The notes under the pieces are model-generated. The model was not told the DNA's origin. It searched no databases and saw nothing but the letters and a program-made list of their open reading frames with translations. The position numbers and the translations under genes are program-made. From Veleropilina oligotropha (taxonomy: Eukaryota): a DNA stretch of 22,742 bases. This document shows positions 8,683 to 20,634 of this stretch, piece after piece (the stretch's first letter is position 1; each line of letters starts with the position of its first letter). The DNA is taken from the NCBI GenBank assembly GCA_048128005.1, contig JBEUKZ010000047.1, positions 558,001-580,742 of the forward strand, read 5' to 3'.

Positions 8683-9038
8683 GCAGCATCTACGGGACCC
8701 CACTCCTGCTTGCAGATGAGCCTTCAGCGACCCAGTGGCACTTTGTTCTTAGTTGTGGGGAAGCGCCCAAGAAGGGGCTGGCGAGGAGGGAGTTTATGAT
8801 CCCAAACGCTGGAGGTCGGTTTGGGTTGAACCCAGCCCTTCTAATGATCCACATGACGCCGGTCCAGCCGGCCGGGGGCGCCCCCAAAGCGTGTTCCATA
8901 AATAGACTTGGCCTGGATTCGGACAAGTTGACCCTCGCCTTTGCCATCAAGGCCCCCTGGGTGAACACCCTTTATTTGAACGTTACGGTAGACATTCGGA
9001 ATCAACAGGCTGAACAATACAGCCACGGGGGGGACTAG
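8679..9038 (+). CDS. 119-aa hypothetical protein (copy 2)
   Basis: Protein identical to 370-729, with the same ATGA overlap. Confidence 0.5.
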   Translation: MSSIYGTPLLLADEPSATQWHFVLSCGEAPKKGLARREFMIPNAGGRFGLNPALLMIHMTPVQPAGGAPKACSINRLGLDSDKLTLAFAIKAPWVNTLYLNVTVDIRNQQAEQYSHGGD

Positions 9039-9695
9039 GGGGTTTTGAAATAATCTAGGGGGGGCCCGGGGAGACCGGGGAGGCTCCCAGCCCTATTTCC
9101 GAACTGAGGGGCTCGTAATATATACCCGCAGGGCATTTTAGTAGAATTCGGGGAGGGGGGCCCGGGGGGTCGCCGGGGAGGCTCCCAGCGCCATCCAAAA
9201 CTAGGGTAGCTTAGAATAGTCTATTTGGGGGCATTTTATAAGAATGGGCCAGGGGCGCGTCTATCAATTGTATTGTTTAATTTTGCTTCCTGGTCTCGAA
9301 AGAAGGCGGCGCAAAGGCGGTGGGTGCGGTAAACGCAAGGTGGACAGTAAGTACAGCATGCGCAAGGTGGATAGTAAGTGGTCGGGGGGGGTACGGCATG
9401 TTCAAGTTGGATAGTAAGTGGTCGAATAGATACGGCAAGGTTCACAGGGTGGCCATAGCTTTTAACATGGTCAACAGGGTAGCCATAGCTGTGTGATCGA
9501 CAAGGTGACCATAGGTGTTTAAAAATAACCTCTTAAAAAAATTTGCTGCAGTTTCGAGAGAAACAGCCATATATATCTATATTTGGAAAAGACAAACGGA
9601 ACAGGCCCAATGCCAAATTTTATTTTGTTGAGAATTCCAAGTATTGCACCATAGTATTAATAAACTCAGCGTCACTCTTAACCTGTCCATTGCAG

Positions 9696-9806
9696 AGTAG
9701 GCATCGAGTTCAGTCTGACCCCAAACGACGTACACGGCCTCCCACCGAACCTGGCGTTCCTGTATGAGTTCACCAACAAAATGATGAAGAAGGATAAGAA
9801 CACAGT
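9696..9806 (+). CDS. Putative exon 1, unit 2
   Basis: Same splice sites; synonymous ATC at 9703-9705. Confidence 0.65.
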
Positions 9807-10462
9807 GTGAGTTCTCTGATGTTTATGGCTACACAGTGTGAATTCTTGGATGTTATGTTTACAAATATATAATTATTTGGGTATTGATTGCATTGAACTT
9901 GTGATTGTATTCATTCAGGATCTTCCATTTTTTTCTCCATTTTGTTTGATTGGCGTCATCGACTGAGCAGTTACCACTCCAGGCATCCTACTTGTGCAAA
10001 AGAAAATCAAAATCAATTTAGCATAAACCACAATTACAGTAAAATGTCAGACTACATATTCACATTCTAATGATCTGACTAATCATATCTCATCCATTTT
10101 TTATAAGTTGAATATTTTATAGGATGAATTACTATGCTACTTAGGATTTGTCTTTGATAAGTATGGATTTGTCTTTGATAAGTATGCAAAGAGCGATGGC
10201 AGTCCTTAGCAGTGATCCATATGTACGAGAATAGTATTGGTGAATCTAGTACATTAATTGTATGCGTGGCGAAGTCTGCCTATATGTTTTCGCACAACTC
10301 AAAAAGTCTTATCTTGTGTACAGATGTGCCATGGGACGAAGGAGAAGCCTATTTATTTTAACTTCAGGCACTTTGGTTGAATAGGTAAAGAATTTAACCA
10401 TTGTATAATGCTTCATTATGTTACTCATGTTAGTTATGTGCTTACCGTGTTTTCTCTGGCAG

Positions 10463-10544
10463 CGTGAACTACCTGGACAAGCACCAGTCGGCCCTCTGTG
10501 AGGGATGGCAGCTGCTGCAGGGGTATAGAAACCGCCTGGTGCAG
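10463..10544 (+). CDS. Putative exon 2, unit 2
   Basis: Same as 2154-2235. Confidence 0.62.
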
Positions 10545-10959
10545 GTGAAGCACAAGACCCGCCCGATCATACGAAGGAAGGCGGCGCAAAGGCGGTGCGT
10601 TAAGCGCAAGGTGGACAGTAAGTACAGCATGCGCAAGGTAGATAGTAAGTGGTCGGGGGGGGGGTACGGCATGTTCAAGTTGGATAGTAAGTGGTCGAAT
10701 AGATACGGCAAGGTTCACAGGGTTACCATAGCTTTTAACATGGTCCACAGGGTAGCCATAGCTGTTAACATGGTCCACAGGGTAGCCATAGCTGTTAACA
10801 TGGTCCACAGGGTTACCATACCTTTTAACATGGTCCACAGGGTAGCCATAGCTGTGTGATCGACAAGGTGACCATAGGTGTTTATACGGTCAATAAATCC
10901 AAATGCATTCCATTCCTCTAGTTCTTGGGTTTTGGACCGCATATATAATGTAATTATCA

Positions 10960-11023
10960 TTTTTATCCCCCGCCCGAAGGGTAGCGGGGGATATTGTTGT
11001 TGCCATGTCCGACCGTACGTCCA
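10960..11023 (+). mobile_element. HINE-like 5' terminus (copy 2)
   Basis: Same hairpin and GTCC-like motif as 2649-2712. Confidence 0.55.
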
Positions 11024-11087
11024 TAAACAATTTGGATAAAGTTTCGAATTGAGGGTGTGTAGCTTGCCCATGATACTTTTTGGCATA

Positions 11088-12318
11088 TATCGGGTGGCCA
11101 ATAAAAAACTTCCCGAACTTTAAAGGTTAATAACTTTGCAATGAACCACTATATTGTTATGAAACTTCACACAAGTAAAAAATGTAATGTTGTTAATATA
11201 TTCTGAAAGATTCAAGTCTCTATATCATATACTTTTTCTGTAGTCGGATAAATATAAACAAACGTCAAAAACGGCAAGGGCTACGTCCAAAAAGCTGCAT
11301 AGTTATCTTATATTTACTGAAAGAAGTGATCAATATGGCCTCTATCTGCTTCAAAAACTCCTCTGAGTTTTTTTTCCACCTTGATATCGTACTTCTAACC
11401 TCTCGAAGACATATTTTGTCCCAGCATTTCTTCAGCCTCTTTTTTAGTTCACATTCATTAAACACATATGTACGCCCTTCGTACACTTTCTCTGACAGAT
11501 TATTCCAAATGGAATAGTCCATTGCGTTGAGGCCTGGACTCATCCACTGACTGATCCAAGAAGGCTTGCGTAGACCTACTTGTGTGCGAAGTTGCCCCAT
11601 CCTGTTGGAAAACAAAACTTCCATCAGGATAGAGCCGACGGCAATCAGGCAAGAGTCCCTTTTCCAATAGTTTTTGATGTCTTTCACTTTTTTGGTATCA
11701 ATAGTGAAGCATCGTTTTTCCATTCCACGATACCCCTGCAGAAACCATATTTTCTTGGTAAACCTTGATGTTTCATGGTACAGTCTTGTGGTGGATATAT
11801 CCCATTTCATTCTTCCGTACACCCTAGCGTTTTGGCGGTTACGCGCCACCTCATACGTGAAGTCTTTCTCGTCCGTAAAGACAAGTCTTTTTGCATCCTG
11901 TTTGGAATACCTGCTGTATAACTTTTTGGGGTCTTCCTTTTTTGTTTGACTGTTTTATCCCGCCGTGAAACTTTTACGCGTTTGGAAGATTTTAATTCCA
12001 ATTTGTTAGTAATGTTCTGAACTGATGAGCGTGAAATTTCCAGATCTTTGGCAATTTTCTGCTGAGACTTATGAGTCCCTGGCTTGTCCTCTTGCGACAC
12101 AATTGCTTCTTCCACGTAAACCTTATTTGTTTCAGTATTTGCGGTTCTTGGCCTTCCACTACCTTGTTTTCTACTGGTTGAACCTGAAGTCCTTATTCTC
12201 TCAATAAGGAGGTTGACTGTTCGCACATTCCACTTTGTATCAGGGAATTCCCTTATAATCCTTGCACCACACCAGCCCTTTTCCTTGAAACATGCCTCAA
12301 TAACTGCTTTATCACTCT
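11088..12318 (-). mobile_element. maT/mariner-type transposon remnant (copy 2)
   Basis: Same motifs and the same frameshifts as 2777-4007. Confidence 0.88.
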
Positions 12319-14121
12319 GATTAATTGAATTGAATTGATGTTTAACGACCACGCCGACACTATAATGGTCATAATCGGGTCGGTCAAGTTAATTATATAA
12401 TAGTTTAATATAAAAAGATAAAAGTTGTGATACATATTTAATAATAAAATGAAACAGGTGTGAAAAATAATAAAACGAATCAATATATTTACAAGTAAAA
12501 TAGGCAATGCAAATATGGATAAAAGCAAATCAATAAAAGGAAAATTAACATGGTATATTTACAGGTTAAAACGATATATATGCAAAGCAATAAAATTAAA
12601 ATAAAAACAAGTATAATAATAAAAACAAGATATCATATTTGTGAAATAAAATATAAATTATAACTTGTAAAAAATATTTACTTGTTTTAAAAACTCAAAT
12701 ATGTTTTCGAGCTTAGTGAATTTAAATAACTCTTGGAGTGAGTTTACCCTAAAGTGCTTTTGGCGTGCGAGATCCAAATCGACACAATCCAATAATATAT
12801 GTTTAATTGTTAGGGCAGTTGCACAAGGAATACACTCAGGTGGAGGCTCCCCTTTAAGCAAGTAGGAGTGAGTGTAGTATGAATGCCCAATTCTCAGTCT
12901 GGCCAAGACGACCTCCTCTCGCCGAGATGGCCTGCAAGAGGGTCCCCAGTCACCAAGAAGAGGTTGGACAATCTGCAGTTTATTCCTTGTGCATTCACTC
13001 CAAGAGTGCTGCCAAGTAGAATTTATATATTTGTTTATGCTTTGTTTAAAATCAGTGTGGGGCAATTTGCAGTTTAGTGTGTGGTTAAAATGCGAGGCTG
13101 CCTTGGCAGCTTGGTCAGCCTTCTCATTACCCTGGATACCGATATGGCTCGGTATCCAGCATAAAATAATGTCATTATCCGGTAAAAGGTTATTATATTT
13201 AATTAAAATATCTATAATAATAGGGTTTCTATTCACCCCCCTCAATGCCTGTAATCTAGAGAGGGAGTCTGAATAGATAATAAAACGCTTGCTATTACTC
13301 ATTGATATAAAATTGAGCGCAAGCTCGATTGCCTTCAATTCTGCAGTAAATATAGTCGCACTGCCTGACAGACGGTTTTGAAAACATTGTCTACCAGTAA
13401 CAGCGGCTGCTCCTACTAATTCTGCATCTTTTGAACCATCTGTATATATGCTTGCACGATCTGAATATTTTAAATTGAGATCGTGCACTTTTAAGAGATA
13501 ATCTGATGTGTCTGTGTTTGATTTTTTTAGTGAAGTAAGATGTAGGTCAATTTCCGGTAATTTAAGTGTCCATGGTGGAGTATCCGGAATGTAATTTGTT
13601 CTAATTTGAGCTACATGTATGCCAGTGCTTTCTAGTGCAGGTTTTATGCGAATGCCGAATGGTGCAATTTTGTTTGGTTTTGCCAGAAATAAATTTTCGT
13701 AATTAGGTGTAAATACAGTTTCGAAAGCTGGGTTAGATGGGTGTGATTTTAATTTGATTGCATATTGCAGTGATAATTTTTCACGTCTGTGTGTAAGAGA
13801 TGGTTCATTTGCTTCAACATAGAGGCTTTCCATGGGTGATGTGCGGAAAGCCCCTAGTGCAAGTCGAAGCCCTTGGTTATGGATTGGATCAAGCATGTTA
13901 AGATATGAATGGCGAGCAGAGCCATATACTATGCTCCCATAATCAAGTTTTGATCTAATTAATGATCTGTATAGTCGTAATAAAACTGTTTTATCAGCAC
14001 CCCATTCAGTATTAGAAACTACTTTCATTATATTTAAAGCTTTTTTACATTTAGCTTTAATGTATTTTAAATGCGGTATGAAAGACAGTTTTCGGTCAAA
14101 TACAAGGCCCAAAAATTTAAA
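12319..14121 (-). mobile_element. 5'-truncated I-group LINE (copy 2); ORF2 fragment 12658-14121
   Basis: Same RT-thumb, RNase H and zinc-finger motifs, open frame, identical truncation point. Confidence 0.92.
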
Positions 14122-14144
14122 TAATAAAAAAAAACGCACACGAG

Positions 14145-15188
14145 ATGATCAAAACGCATAGTCAACGGGCACATATGTGGTCAAGATTAGGACAACATCT
14201 TCAAAACCGAAGAAAATATCTAAAGGACAGGGAAAGCGGAAAGCGATCACAATTCATTGCAACACATTCAGGACCAACTTCTAACCATTCTTCTGTACTG
14301 GTGCCTACTCCTGTCCATCAAAGGCCACTAGATCTGATGAAGTGAATACCATGGCCACCTGCCAATTGCAACCAACAGCCGCCAAAATGTCAACGTACAA
14401 AATCCCGAAAAAACAAGTACCGGTGTCAAACCAACCGCCTGTCTTATGCTTCCAGCCAGGACAGTTGGTAAACATTATGAATCGCAATGGAACGTGTCTT
14501 GGAACTGGAATTTTCATATCTAATAAAGATAATGTGTTCGCTGAAGTTGTTTTGAAGACAAAATTATCTCAAATGTTGTCTAGTGATCATGATTCAGATG
14601 AGTTGCCACAACCATGCGGTAGTATTTATCACTTCAACCAACTAGAAAATAAACAGTTGTTTACCTGGAAACTTGTTAATATGACCTTCTGGCCGTGGGA
14701 AAGCTGTCCCAATGAAGACTCCTGATCAGCCACAGGAACACGCAGTCAAATGATCCTCTTTGAATAAAAAAGTACTGGTAACCACATGCACTGCACCATC
14801 TACAATTAAACCACCGGGCATGCCAGTACAAGTGTGCACCACTAGTACTGATCATGAATTCGAAATTGCATTGATGGAATGGGCGGAAGGCAAATTGTAT
14901 CTTGGTGTATTAAGTAAAGATGGAGCAGTTGTTAAAAATTGTCCTAACTATATTGCAAAGATCACCAATGATGACGTAAAGATTTGTTCATCTATAAAAT
15001 GGAACATGCTCTCTCTGAATGCCCAAGACATCCAGAGAAATCCTGATATGAAATATTGTGTGTGGAAATCAGCTGCATCTGGGCCATTGGCAAGTTATAC
15101 AAAAGGAGCAAAGGAAATTAGAATCAGTAATGTGGCAGCATTCCTCGCTGAGATGAAGGATCACTTGATAACATATGATGATCAATAG
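14145..15188 (+). pseudogene. Degraded unknown gene (copy 2)
   Basis: Same as 5834-6877. Confidence 0.45.
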
Positions 15189-15207
15189 TGATTTATTTCC
15201 TCTGCAG

Positions 15208-15305
15208 GCCAAGAAGATAGAGGAACTGGAGGCAGAGCTGGCCGCGTCCGAGAGGCAGCGACGGGCCACAGAGTCCGAGCTGCAGGATGAGATCGCCAAC
15301 AGCAA
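15208..15305 (+). CDS. Putative exon 3, unit 2 (myosin-tail-like coiled coil)
   Basis: Same as 6897-6994; donor gtaagt at 15306. Confidence 0.72.
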
Positions 15306-15558
15306 GTAAGTCAAGAAAAACAGCAAGTTAGTCTAGTACAAGGCTCTCGCTTGACTGCTCTGTCTAGCAGGAGTGAGTTTGAATTCTTGTTTTGGCGCTT
15401 TGTTCAGTAGACAGTCATAGTCGATCATAACTGTCTGGTGACGGCGTATTTCCCAGGTTTTCTTCCCATGACGATATGGACTTGTCCAGGTATGAACTTG
15501 AAGATTGTTAAGAACGTGATATTTGTATCGAGCGTAACCAAATTCAACAGCTAGTAAC

Positions 15559-16244
15559 CAAACCTAATGGATGTCATGTAGAAACAGGCCAAACCTAATA
15601 GATGGATGTCACGTAGAAACAGGCCAAACCTAATAGATCGGATGTCATGTAGAAACAAGCCAAACCTAATAGATGGATGTCACGTAGAAACAGGCCAAAC
15701 CTAATAGATGGATGTCATGTAGAAACAGGCCAAACCTAATATATCGGATGTCACATAGATAGAAACAAACCAAACCTAATAGATCGGATGTCACGTAGAA
15801 GTTTACAGGCCAAACCTAATAGATAGATGTCATGTAGAAACAGGCCAAACCTAATAGATCGGATGTCACGTAGAAACAGGCCAAACCTAATAGATGGATG
15901 TTACGTAGAAACAGGCCAAACCTAATAGATCGGATGTCACGTAGAAACAGGCCAAACCTAATAGATGGATGTCATGTAGAAACAGGCCAAACCTAATAGA
16001 TCGGATGTCACATAGAAACAAACCAAACCTAATAGATCGGATGTCACGTAGAAGTTTACAGGCCAAACCTAATAGATAGATGTCATGTAGAAACAGTCCA
16101 AACCTAATAGATGGGATGTCACGTAGAAGTTTACAGGCCAAACCTAATAGATGGGATGTCACGTAGAAACAGGCCAAACCTAATAGATGGGATGTCACGT
16201 AGAAACCGACCAAACCTAATAGATGGATGTCACGTAGAAACAGG
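15559..16244. repeat. 35-36-bp minisatellite (copy 2)
   Basis: Same variant order and length as 7248-7933. Confidence 0.97.
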
Positions 16245-16441
16245 AGAGAAGTAGCATTCCAGGCATCCTACTTGTGCAAAAGAAAATCAAAATCAATTTA
16301 GCATAAACCACAATTACAGTAAAATGTCAGACTACATATTCACATTCTAATGATCTGACTAATCATATCTCATCCATTTTTTATAAGTTTAATATTTTAT
16401 AGGATGAATTACTATGCTACTTAGGATTTGTCTTTGATAAG

Positions 16442-16995
16442 ACCCCCGATACCACGGTAGAGGTGGCACCAGGGTTCTACAGCTTCGATTCCCTCGCCAA
16501 GACGATGAAGAGGTCCCTAGCTAACATGCGGCTCGAGGTAAGCCGTGCTACCGGACTCGCGCAACTCGTCCCAGAGGGGACTCGACTGGCGATAAGCGAC
16601 GATATACGGAAGCTCCTCGGCTTCACCCTTTCAGGGTGGCTACTTATGACTTATGACAAGAACAAGCCTGTCGGGTCGCTGCAATGGCTACGCCCCGGGA
16701 CTTATGACGGGAACAAGCCCGTCGGGTTTGCCATAGCAGCGACCCTACACGTTCATCTGGAGAAGCTCGGAACAACACACAATATGAAGGACGGCGCCCC
16801 GAGCAATATTCTCGCGGTGGTCCCTATAACGTCGCAGATGTTCGGTGAGGCTGCCCACTATCATAGCTATCCAGCCTTCCGGCGACTACAGGCGGGGGGC
16901 TACTCACATAATTGAAGGTGTATGTCACCGACTCAGATGGTAACCCGCTCGACAATCACGGTATGCCTATTTCCGCCGTCCTTGAGATACAATGA
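16442..16995 (+). pseudogene. Penton pseudogene (copy 3), with an extra +2 G frameshift
   Basis: The G-run at 16894-16899 has 6 G versus 4 in the other copies. Confidence 0.7.
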
Positions 16996-17351
16996 GCAGC
17001 ATCTACGGGACCCCACTCCTGCTTGCAGATGAGCCTTCAGCGACCCAGTGGCACTTTGTTCTTAGTTGTGGGGAAGCGCCCAAGAAGGGGCTGGCGAGGA
17101 GGGAGTTTATGATCCCAAACGCTGGAGGTCGGTTTGGGTTGAACCCAGCCCTTCTAATGATCCACATGACGCCGGTCCAGCCGGCCGGGGGCGCCCCCAA
17201 AGCGTGTTCCATAAATAGACTTGGCCTGGATTCGGACAAGTTGACCCTCGCCTTTGCCATCAAGGCCCCCTGGGTGAACACCCTTTATTTGAACGTTACG
17301 GTAGACATTCGGAATCAACAGGCTGAACAATACAGCCACGGGGGGGACTAG
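16992..17351 (+). CDS. 119-aa hypothetical protein (copy 3)
   Basis: Protein identical to 370-729. Confidence 0.5.
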   Translation: MSSIYGTPLLLADEPSATQWHFVLSCGEAPKKGLARREFMIPNAGGRFGLNPALLMIHMTPVQPAGGAPKACSINRLGLDSDKLTLAFAIKAPWVNTLYLNVTVDIRNQQAEQYSHGGD

Positions 17352-18008
17352 GGGGTTTTGAAATAATCTAGGGGGGGCCCGGGGAGACCGGGGAGGCTCC
17401 CAGCCCTATTTCCGAACTGAGGGGCTCGTAATATATACCCGCAGGGCATTTTAGTAGAATTCGGGGAGGGGGGCCCGGGGGGTCGCCGGGGAGGCTCCCA
17501 GCGCCATCCGAAACTAGGGTAGCTTAGAATAGTCTATTTGGGGGCATTTTATAAGAATGGGCCAGGGGCGCGTCTATCAATTGTATTGTTTAATTTTGCT
17601 TCCTGGTCTCGAAAGAAGGCGGCGCAAAGGCGGTGGGTGCGGTAAACGCAAGGTGGACAGTAAGTACAGCATGCGCAAGGTGGATAGTAAGTGGTCGGGG
17701 GGGGTACGGCATGTTCAAGTTGGATAGTAAGTGGTCGAATAGATATGGCAAGGTTCACAGGGTGGCCATAGCTTTTAACATGGTCAACAGGGTAGCCATA
17801 GCTGTGTGATCGACAAGGTGACCATAGGTGTTTAAAAATAACCTCTTAAAAAAATTTGCTGCAGTTTCGAGAGAAACAGCCATATATATCTATATTTGGA
17901 AAAGACAAACGGAACAGGCCCAATGCCAAATTTTATTTTGTTGAGAATTCCAAGTATTGCACCATAGTATTAATAAACTCAGCGTCACTCTTAACCTGTC
18001 CATTGCAG

Positions 18009-18119
18009 AGTAGGCATTGAGTTCAGTCTGACCCCAAACGACGTACACGGCCTCCCACCGAACCTGGCGTTCCTGTATGAGTTCACCAACAAAATGATGA
18101 AGAAGGATAAGAACACAGT
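18009..18119 (+). CDS. Putative exon 1, unit 3
   Basis: Same as 1387-1497. Confidence 0.65.
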
Positions 18120-18775
18120 GTGAGTTCTCTGATGTTTATGGCTACACAGTGTGAATTCTTGGATGTTATGTTTACAAATATATAATTATTTGGGTATTGA
18201 TTGCATTGAACTTGTGATTGTATTCATTCAGGATCTTCCATTTTTTTCTCCATTTTGTTTGATTGGCGTCATCGACTGAGCAGTTACCACTCCAGGCATC
18301 CTACTTGTGCAAAAGAAAATCAAAATCAATTTAGCATAAACCACAATTACAGTAAAATGTCAGACTACATATTCACATTCTAATGATCTGACTAATCATA
18401 TCTCATCCATTTTTTATAAGTTGAATATTTTATAGGATGAATTACTATGCTACTTAGGATTTGTCTTTGATAAGTATGGATTTGTCTTTGATAAGTATGC
18501 AAAGAGCGATGGCAGTCCTTAGCAGTGATCCATATGTACGAGAATAGTATTGGTGAATCTAGTACATTAATTGTATGCGTGGCGAAGTCTGCCTATATGT
18601 TTTCGCACAACTCAAAAAGTCTTATCTTGTGTACAGATGTGCCATGGGACGAAGGAGAAGCCTATTTATTTTAACTTCAGGCACTTTGGTTGAATAGGTA
18701 AAGAATTTAACCATTGTATAATGCTTCATTATGTTACTCATGTTAGTTATGTGCTTACCGTGTTTTCTCTGGCAG

Positions 18776-18857
18776 CGTGAACTACCTGGACAAGCACCAG
18801 TCGGCCCTCTGTGAGGGATGGCAGCTGCTGCAGGGGTATAGAAACCGCCTGGTGCAG
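18776..18857 (+). CDS. Putative exon 2, unit 3
   Basis: Same as 2154-2235. Confidence 0.62.
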
Positions 18858-19275
18858 GTGAAGCACAAGACCCGCCAGATCATACGAAGGAAGGCGGCGC
18901 AAAGGCGGTGCGTTAAGCGCAAGGTGGACAGTAAGTACAGCATGCGCAAGGTAGATAGTAAGTGGTCGGGGGGGGGGGGGTACGGCATGTTCAAGTTGGA
19001 TAGTAAGTGGTCGAATAGATACGGCAAGGTTCACAGGGTTACCATAGCTTTTAACATGGTCCACAGGGTAGCCATAGCTGTTAACATGGTCCACAGGGTA
19101 GCCATAGCTGTTAACATGGTCCACAGGGTTACCATACCTTTTAACATGGTCCACAGGGTAGCCATAGCTGTGTGATCGACAAGGTGACCATAGGTGTTTA
19201 TACGGTCAATAAATCCAAATGCATTCCATTCCTCTAGTTCTTGGGTTTTGGACCGCATATATAATGTAATTATCA

Positions 19276-19339
19276 TTTTTATCCCCCGCCCGAAGGGTAG
19301 CGGGGGATATTGTTGTTGCCATGTCCGACCGTACGTCCA
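19276..19339 (+). mobile_element. HINE-like 5' terminus (copy 3)
   Basis: Same hairpin as 2649-2712. Confidence 0.55.
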
Positions 19340-19403
19340 TAAACAATTTGGTTAAAGTTTCGAATTGAGGGTGTGTAGCTTGCCCATGATACTTTTTGGC
19401 ATA

Positions 19404-20634
19404 TATCGGGTGGCCAATAAAAAACTTCCCGAACTTTAAAGGTTAATAACTTTGCAATGAACCACTATATTGTTATGAAACTTCACACAAGTAAAAAATG
19501 TAATGTTGTTAATATATTCTGAAAGATTCAAGTCTCTATATCATATACTTTTTCTGTAGTCGGATAAATATAAACAAACGTCAAAAACGGCAAGGGCTAC
19601 GTCCAAAAAGCTGCATAGTTATCTTATATTTACTGAAAGAAGTGATCAATATGGCCTCTATCTGCTTCAAAAACTCCTCTGAGTTTTTTTTCCACCTTGA
19701 TATCGTACTTCTAACCTCTCGAAGACATATTTTGTCCCAGCATTTCTTCAGCCTCTTTTTTAGTTCACATTCATTAAACACATATGTACGCCCTTCGTAC
19801 ACTTTCTCTGACAGATTATTCCAAATGGAATAGTCCATTGCGTTGAGGCCTGGACTCATCCACTGACTGATCCAAGAAGGCTTGCGTAGACCTACTTGTG
19901 TGCGAAGTTGCCCCATCCTGTTGGAAAACAAAACTTCCATCAGGATAGAGCCGACGGCAATCAGGCAAGAGTCCCTTTTCCAATAGTTTTTGATGTCTTT
20001 CACTTTTTTGGTATCAATAGTGAAGCATCGTTTTTCCATTCCACGATACCCCTGCAGAAACCATATTTTCTTGGTAAACCTTGATGTTTCATGGTACAGT
20101 CTTGTGGTGGATATATCCCATTTCATTCTTCCGTACACCCTAGCGTTTTGGCGGTTACGCGCCACCTCATACGTGAAGTCTTTCTCGTCCGTAAAGACAA
20201 GTCTTTTTGCATCCTGTTTGGAATACCTGCTGTATAACTTTTTGGGGTCTTCCTTTTTTGTTTGACTGTTTTATCCCGCCGTGAAACTTTTACGCGTTTG
20301 GAAGATTTTAATTCCAATTTGTTAGTAATGTTCTGAACTGATGAGCGTGAAATTTCCAGATCTTTGGCAATTTTCTGCTGAGACTTATGAGTCCCTGGCT
20401 TGTCCTCTTGCGACACAATTGCTTCTTCCACGTAAACCTTATTTGTTTCAGTATTTGCGGTTCTTGGCCTTCCACTACCTTGTTTTCTACTGGTTGAACC
20501 TGAAGTCCTTATTCTCTCAATAAGGAGGTTGACTGTTCGCACATTCCACTTTGTATCAGGGAATTCCCTTATAATCCTTGCACCACACCAGCCCTTTTCC
20601 TTGAAACATGCCTCAATAACTGCTTTATCACTCT
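19404..20634 (-). mobile_element. maT/mariner-type transposon remnant (copy 3)
   Basis: Same as 2777-4007. Confidence 0.88.
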
